Of a stretch of DNA of 5,718 nt, positions 3,647 to 5,718 are shown one piece after another. The stretch lies in the IMG/VR virus record IMGVR_UViG_3300045988_001066, positions 1 through 5,718 of that record. One strand, given 5' to 3'. The translations under genes were made by a program, and so were the position numbers. The notes under the pieces are model-generated. The model saw only the letters and a list, made by a program, of their open reading frames with translations, was not told where the DNA came from and did no database searches. Within the stretch, counting starts at the first letter, position 1; each line of letters starts with the position of its first letter. The stretch is from a virus.

Positions 3647-4666
3647 TTAGAGTGTCCCACTCTTCTTCATTTGCTTTTTGATCACTCTTTCTTTTGTCTT
3701 GCATTGTTCTGCAAAGTCTGTATTTTCATATTTTAGCCGGTTTTCTGCTATGGCTGCTGCCTGTCTGCTTTGTTTAATTCTCCACAATCTTTGTGGGTTT
3801 TCGGCTTCCATCATTTTTTCATAATAACGTGGAATTTGCGCTTTCTTTCCGTTTGTACATTGGATGTATCCTTGTCTCCATATTTCTTCTTTGTGTTCTT
3901 GGTAATAGTGGTCTCCTAGTCCGGGTTTTAAGCTCATGCACGCGAATGGCTTTTGTTGACCTAACTCGTAGTATTGGTTTGCTTTCTTTCCGTCTATCTC
4001 GTACATTTTTTTTGTTACGTATCCTGCAACATATCTATATGTCTCTGGTACTGCTTGTGCTATCTGTATTTGACCCATGCCCCATAGGTCTGCTAGCCAT
4101 TGGCTTGTGAAGTATCCGTTGTGCTGTATCTTGTACAGGTGTTTCAGGTCTGTTGGTTGCCATCCATATAGTATCATGTGGTAATGTGGCCTTGCTGTCT
4201 GTTCTCCATACTCTCCTGCCACAAAATAGCGTAATTTGCCCCTGTAAGCCTTCCTAAGGCGTTTTAGAAATTTTTGAATGTCAGTATACAGTAATGTTTG
4301 TACGCTCTCAGGAGTCTTCTTTCCTGGCTTCCAGACGTATTGCACTTTCCTCATGATTTCGCCTGTGTTTATGATCATTCCTGGTACATGGTTATCATCG
4401 TATGTTAGCGTGATAAACCATACTTCTTCTTTGGGATAATCTCGTGCTTCTAATTCTATTCGTGTTGTCCAGTCTTCTCTTTGTCTTATTCTGCATCCGA
4501 TGCACTGCCCGCATGGTATTAACATGGCATCTTTTCTGTACATCAAATCTTCATATTTTAGCTGTTTTCCCGCTAACTGAGAAAAGCGGGAGAGTGAATA
4601 CACCCTCCCGCTAATGTCTTTGTCGTTAGGGTTGTACAGCCTTATTAATGGCTTGTAACAACTCAT
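3647..4666 (-). CDS. VP4: Rolling-circle replication initiation protein VP4 (HUH endonuclease superfamily, 339 aa)
   Basis: N-terminal cysteine cluster PCGQCIGCRIRQ, motif 1 FITLTYD, motif 2 ARPHYHMILYG, catalytic-Tyr motif 3 YVAGYVTKK. The ATG overlaps the VP2 stop (ATGA at 4666..4663). Confidence 0.95.
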   Translation of the reverse strand: MSCYKPLIRLYNPNDKDISGRVYSLSRFSQLAGKQLKYEDLMYRKDAMLIPCGQCIGCRIRQREDWTTRIELEARDYPKEEVWFITLTYDDNHVPGMIINTGEIMRKVQYVWKPGKKTPESVQTLLYTDIQKFLKRLRKAYRGKLRYFVAGEYGEQTARPHYHMILYGWQPTDLKHLYKIQHNGYFTSQWLADLWGMGQIQIAQAVPETYRYVAGYVTKKMYEIDGKKANQYYELGQQKPFACMSLKPGLGDHYYQEHKEEIWRQGYIQCTNGKKAQIPRYYEKMMEAENPQRLWRIKQSRQAAAIAENRLKYENTDFAEQCKTKERVIKKQMKKSGTL

Positions 4667-5520
4667 CTTAGGTAATCACCCGGCTTTCTTTTTTCCCCGT
4701 AGGATCCTGTTTTGTTCTGTGGTGCTTGATAGTTGCTTTTTCTGTCGTTCTTTTTTGGTACGTTTTTGTCAATCGCTTTGCTTGTGTCGTCTCCGATTTT
4801 TGTTAGTGCTTTTTGTAACCCGTATGGGCTCATGTGTGTGCTGCTGAGCATTTGCTGCCAGCTTTGTGCTGCATTGTACCAGTCACTTTTGCTCCAACTT
4901 GTGCTTTCATATGCGTTAGGCACAAATCCTCCGCTTCGGCTTACTCCTAGTGCACTGCTGCTTGCAAGTCCCATGCTTGCCCCGCTGATCGTTCCCGCGC
5001 TTCCGCCCGGTGTGCTTGCTCCACCGTTTGAGAATGCTAGAATCGGGTTAAGCCCCGCTTTTTTCATATCTTCTACGGCTCTTTGATATGCTGTGCTGCT
5101 CATGTGCTCTTGCCATTCACGGTTTGCTTGTGCTTCTGCGCTGTTGTAGTTCATTGCTACGCTGTTCTCGATGTGGTTGTATACGCCTTGCATGATTGCT
5201 TGTAGCGTGTTATAACCCATCTGTTTAAGCATACTTTGACTGTTGTATTTGCCCTGCATGGCTGCTTCTTGCCCTTGGTATGCGTATGCCTGCTTGAGCC
5301 AGTCATTGACCTGTTGCACGTTGGTGCCTGATTGGCTTCCGCTTTCGGAGTGTCCACCGCCTTCTTGTGTGCTTCCTCCGCTGCTTTGGCTGTTGCCTGT
5401 CTGTCCCCATCCGCCTAATGCTCCTGCGATTTGCTTTCCAGCATTCGCAAATGTTCCAACTGTGTTTGCAACGTTTCCGGCTATGTTGAGCGCTGTTAAC
5501 AGTCCTGATAATCCTGCCAT
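4663..5520 (-). CDS. VP2: DNA pilot / minor capsid protein VP2 (285 aa)
   Basis: The N-terminal third is Gly/Ser/Ala-rich (MAGLSGLLTALNIAGNVANTVG...GGSTQEGGGHSESGSQSG). The conserved-looking core is SSTAYQRAVEDMKKAGLNPILAF, which I recognise from gokushovirus VP2 proteins. The gene sits directly downstream of VP1. Confidence 0.88.
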   Translation of the reverse strand: MAGLSGLLTALNIAGNVANTVGTFANAGKQIAGALGGWGQTGNSQSSGGSTQEGGGHSESGSQSGTNVQQVNDWLKQAYAYQGQEAAMQGKYNSQSMLKQMGYNTLQAIMQGVYNHIENSVAMNYNSAEAQANREWQEHMSSTAYQRAVEDMKKAGLNPILAFSNGGASTPGGSAGTISGASMGLASSSALGVSRSGGFVPNAYESTSWSKSDWYNAAQSWQQMLSSTHMSPYGLQKALTKIGDDTSKAIDKNVPKKNDRKSNYQAPQNKTGSYGEKRKPGDYLR

Positions 5521-5522
5521 TT

Positions 5523-5550
5523 AAAAAATAGCCCGGGTTTTGCCCGGGCT
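5523..5550 (-). terminator. Intrinsic terminator/attenuator hairpin between VP1 and VP2
   Basis: The minus strand reads AGCCCGGG-caaaa-CCCGGGCT (5550..5530) followed by ATTTTTT (5529..5523). The hairpin starts 10 nt after the VP1 stop. Confidence 0.7.
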
Positions 5551-5551
5551 T

Positions 5552-5558
5552 CCTCCTT
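5552..5558 (-). promoter_or_regulatory. Consensus Shine-Dalgarno AAGGAGG separated from the VP2 ATG by the terminator hairpin
   Basis: The minus strand reads TAAgaAAGGAGGa[hairpin]attttttaaATG. The SD is 31 nt from the ATG in linear sequence and about 10 nt if the 21-nt hairpin is closed. Confidence 0.5.
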
Positions 5559-5560
5559 TC

Positions 5561-5718
5561 TTACAGTTTGTACAAGCCCGGTACACTGTACAAGGGCATA
5601 CAACGTGTGGTCTTGTTTGCTACGCGGATTGCGCCAAAGAATTGGTCTTCTTTCTGTTCAATGAGCGTTCTTGCAATTTCGGTTTTGCCTTCCGCCATCC
5701 ATTCTTGAGACAGTGTTG
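5561..5718 (-). CDS. VP1: Major capsid protein VP1, C-terminal end (unique part 5561..5663; 5664..5718 duplicates 1..55)
   Basis: The frame carried over from base 1 reads ...TLSQEWMAEGKTEIARTLIEQKEDQFFGAIRVANKTTRCMPLYSVPGLYKL then TAA at 5563..5561. 1583 + 103 nt = 1686 nt = 561 codons plus stop. Confidence 0.93.
   Translation of the reverse strand, partial: TLSQEWMAEGKTEIARTLIEQKEDQFFGAIRVANKTTRCMPLYSVPGLYKL
5664..5718. repeat. Terminal direct repeat, copy 2 (identical to 1..55)
   Basis: Same 55-mer as 1..55; see copy 1. Confidence 0.97.

Noticed and set aside
255-5524. All plus-strand ORFs in the track (255..638, 942..1196, 1248..1499, 1396..1650, 1619..1921, 1848..2264, 1855..2064, 2123..2371, 2257..2502, 2548..2751, 2639..2854, 2718..2966, 3793..4110, 4733..5086, 5243..5524), several with hydrophobic stretches that could pass for membrane or holin-like proteins
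   Set aside because: Each lies antisense to a motif-supported minus-strand gene and has no SD. Each has the Cys/Phe/Leu/Val-rich, low-complexity composition expected from translating the T-rich complement of real genes. The apparent TM segments are a composition artefact.

Overview
The window is a complete circular genome of a small ssDNA phage of the family Microviridae (gokushovirus-like gene set), shown as the reverse complement of its coding strand. Bases 1..55 are identical to 5664..5718, so the unit circle is 5663 nt and the window overshoots the junction. Every gene I can support is on the minus strand. They form one tightly packed, Shine-Dalgarno-led, partly overlapping array read from a canonical sigma70-type promoter at 3132..3104. 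The order is: M15-family cell-wall peptidase (3079..2687), 40-aa ORF, 75-aa ORF, 40-aa highly basic J/ORF8-like protein, 79-aa ORF, scaffold VP3, major capsid VP1, hairpin terminator/attenuator, pilot protein VP2, rolling-circle initiator VP4 (stop at 3647). VP1 runs 1583..1 and continues over the junction to 5663..5561 (561 aa); it is missing from the supplied ORF track only because it runs off the window edge. The unusual part is the 567-nt gene-free segment 3080..3646, about a tenth of the genome. It holds ten same-orientation copies of (T)GTTGAAA in three clusters and TGATAA(T) palindromes. It also holds a 22-bp alternating purine-pyrimidine imperfect palindrome whose four non-Watson-Crick positions are all G.T on the non-coding strand, and a textbook intrinsic terminator pointing the opposite way to all genes. 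The main protein-level oddity is the accessory M15 peptidase with no recognisable holin, signal peptide or TM partner. All functional calls rest on motif recognition by eye and manual translation; no database search or folding program was available.
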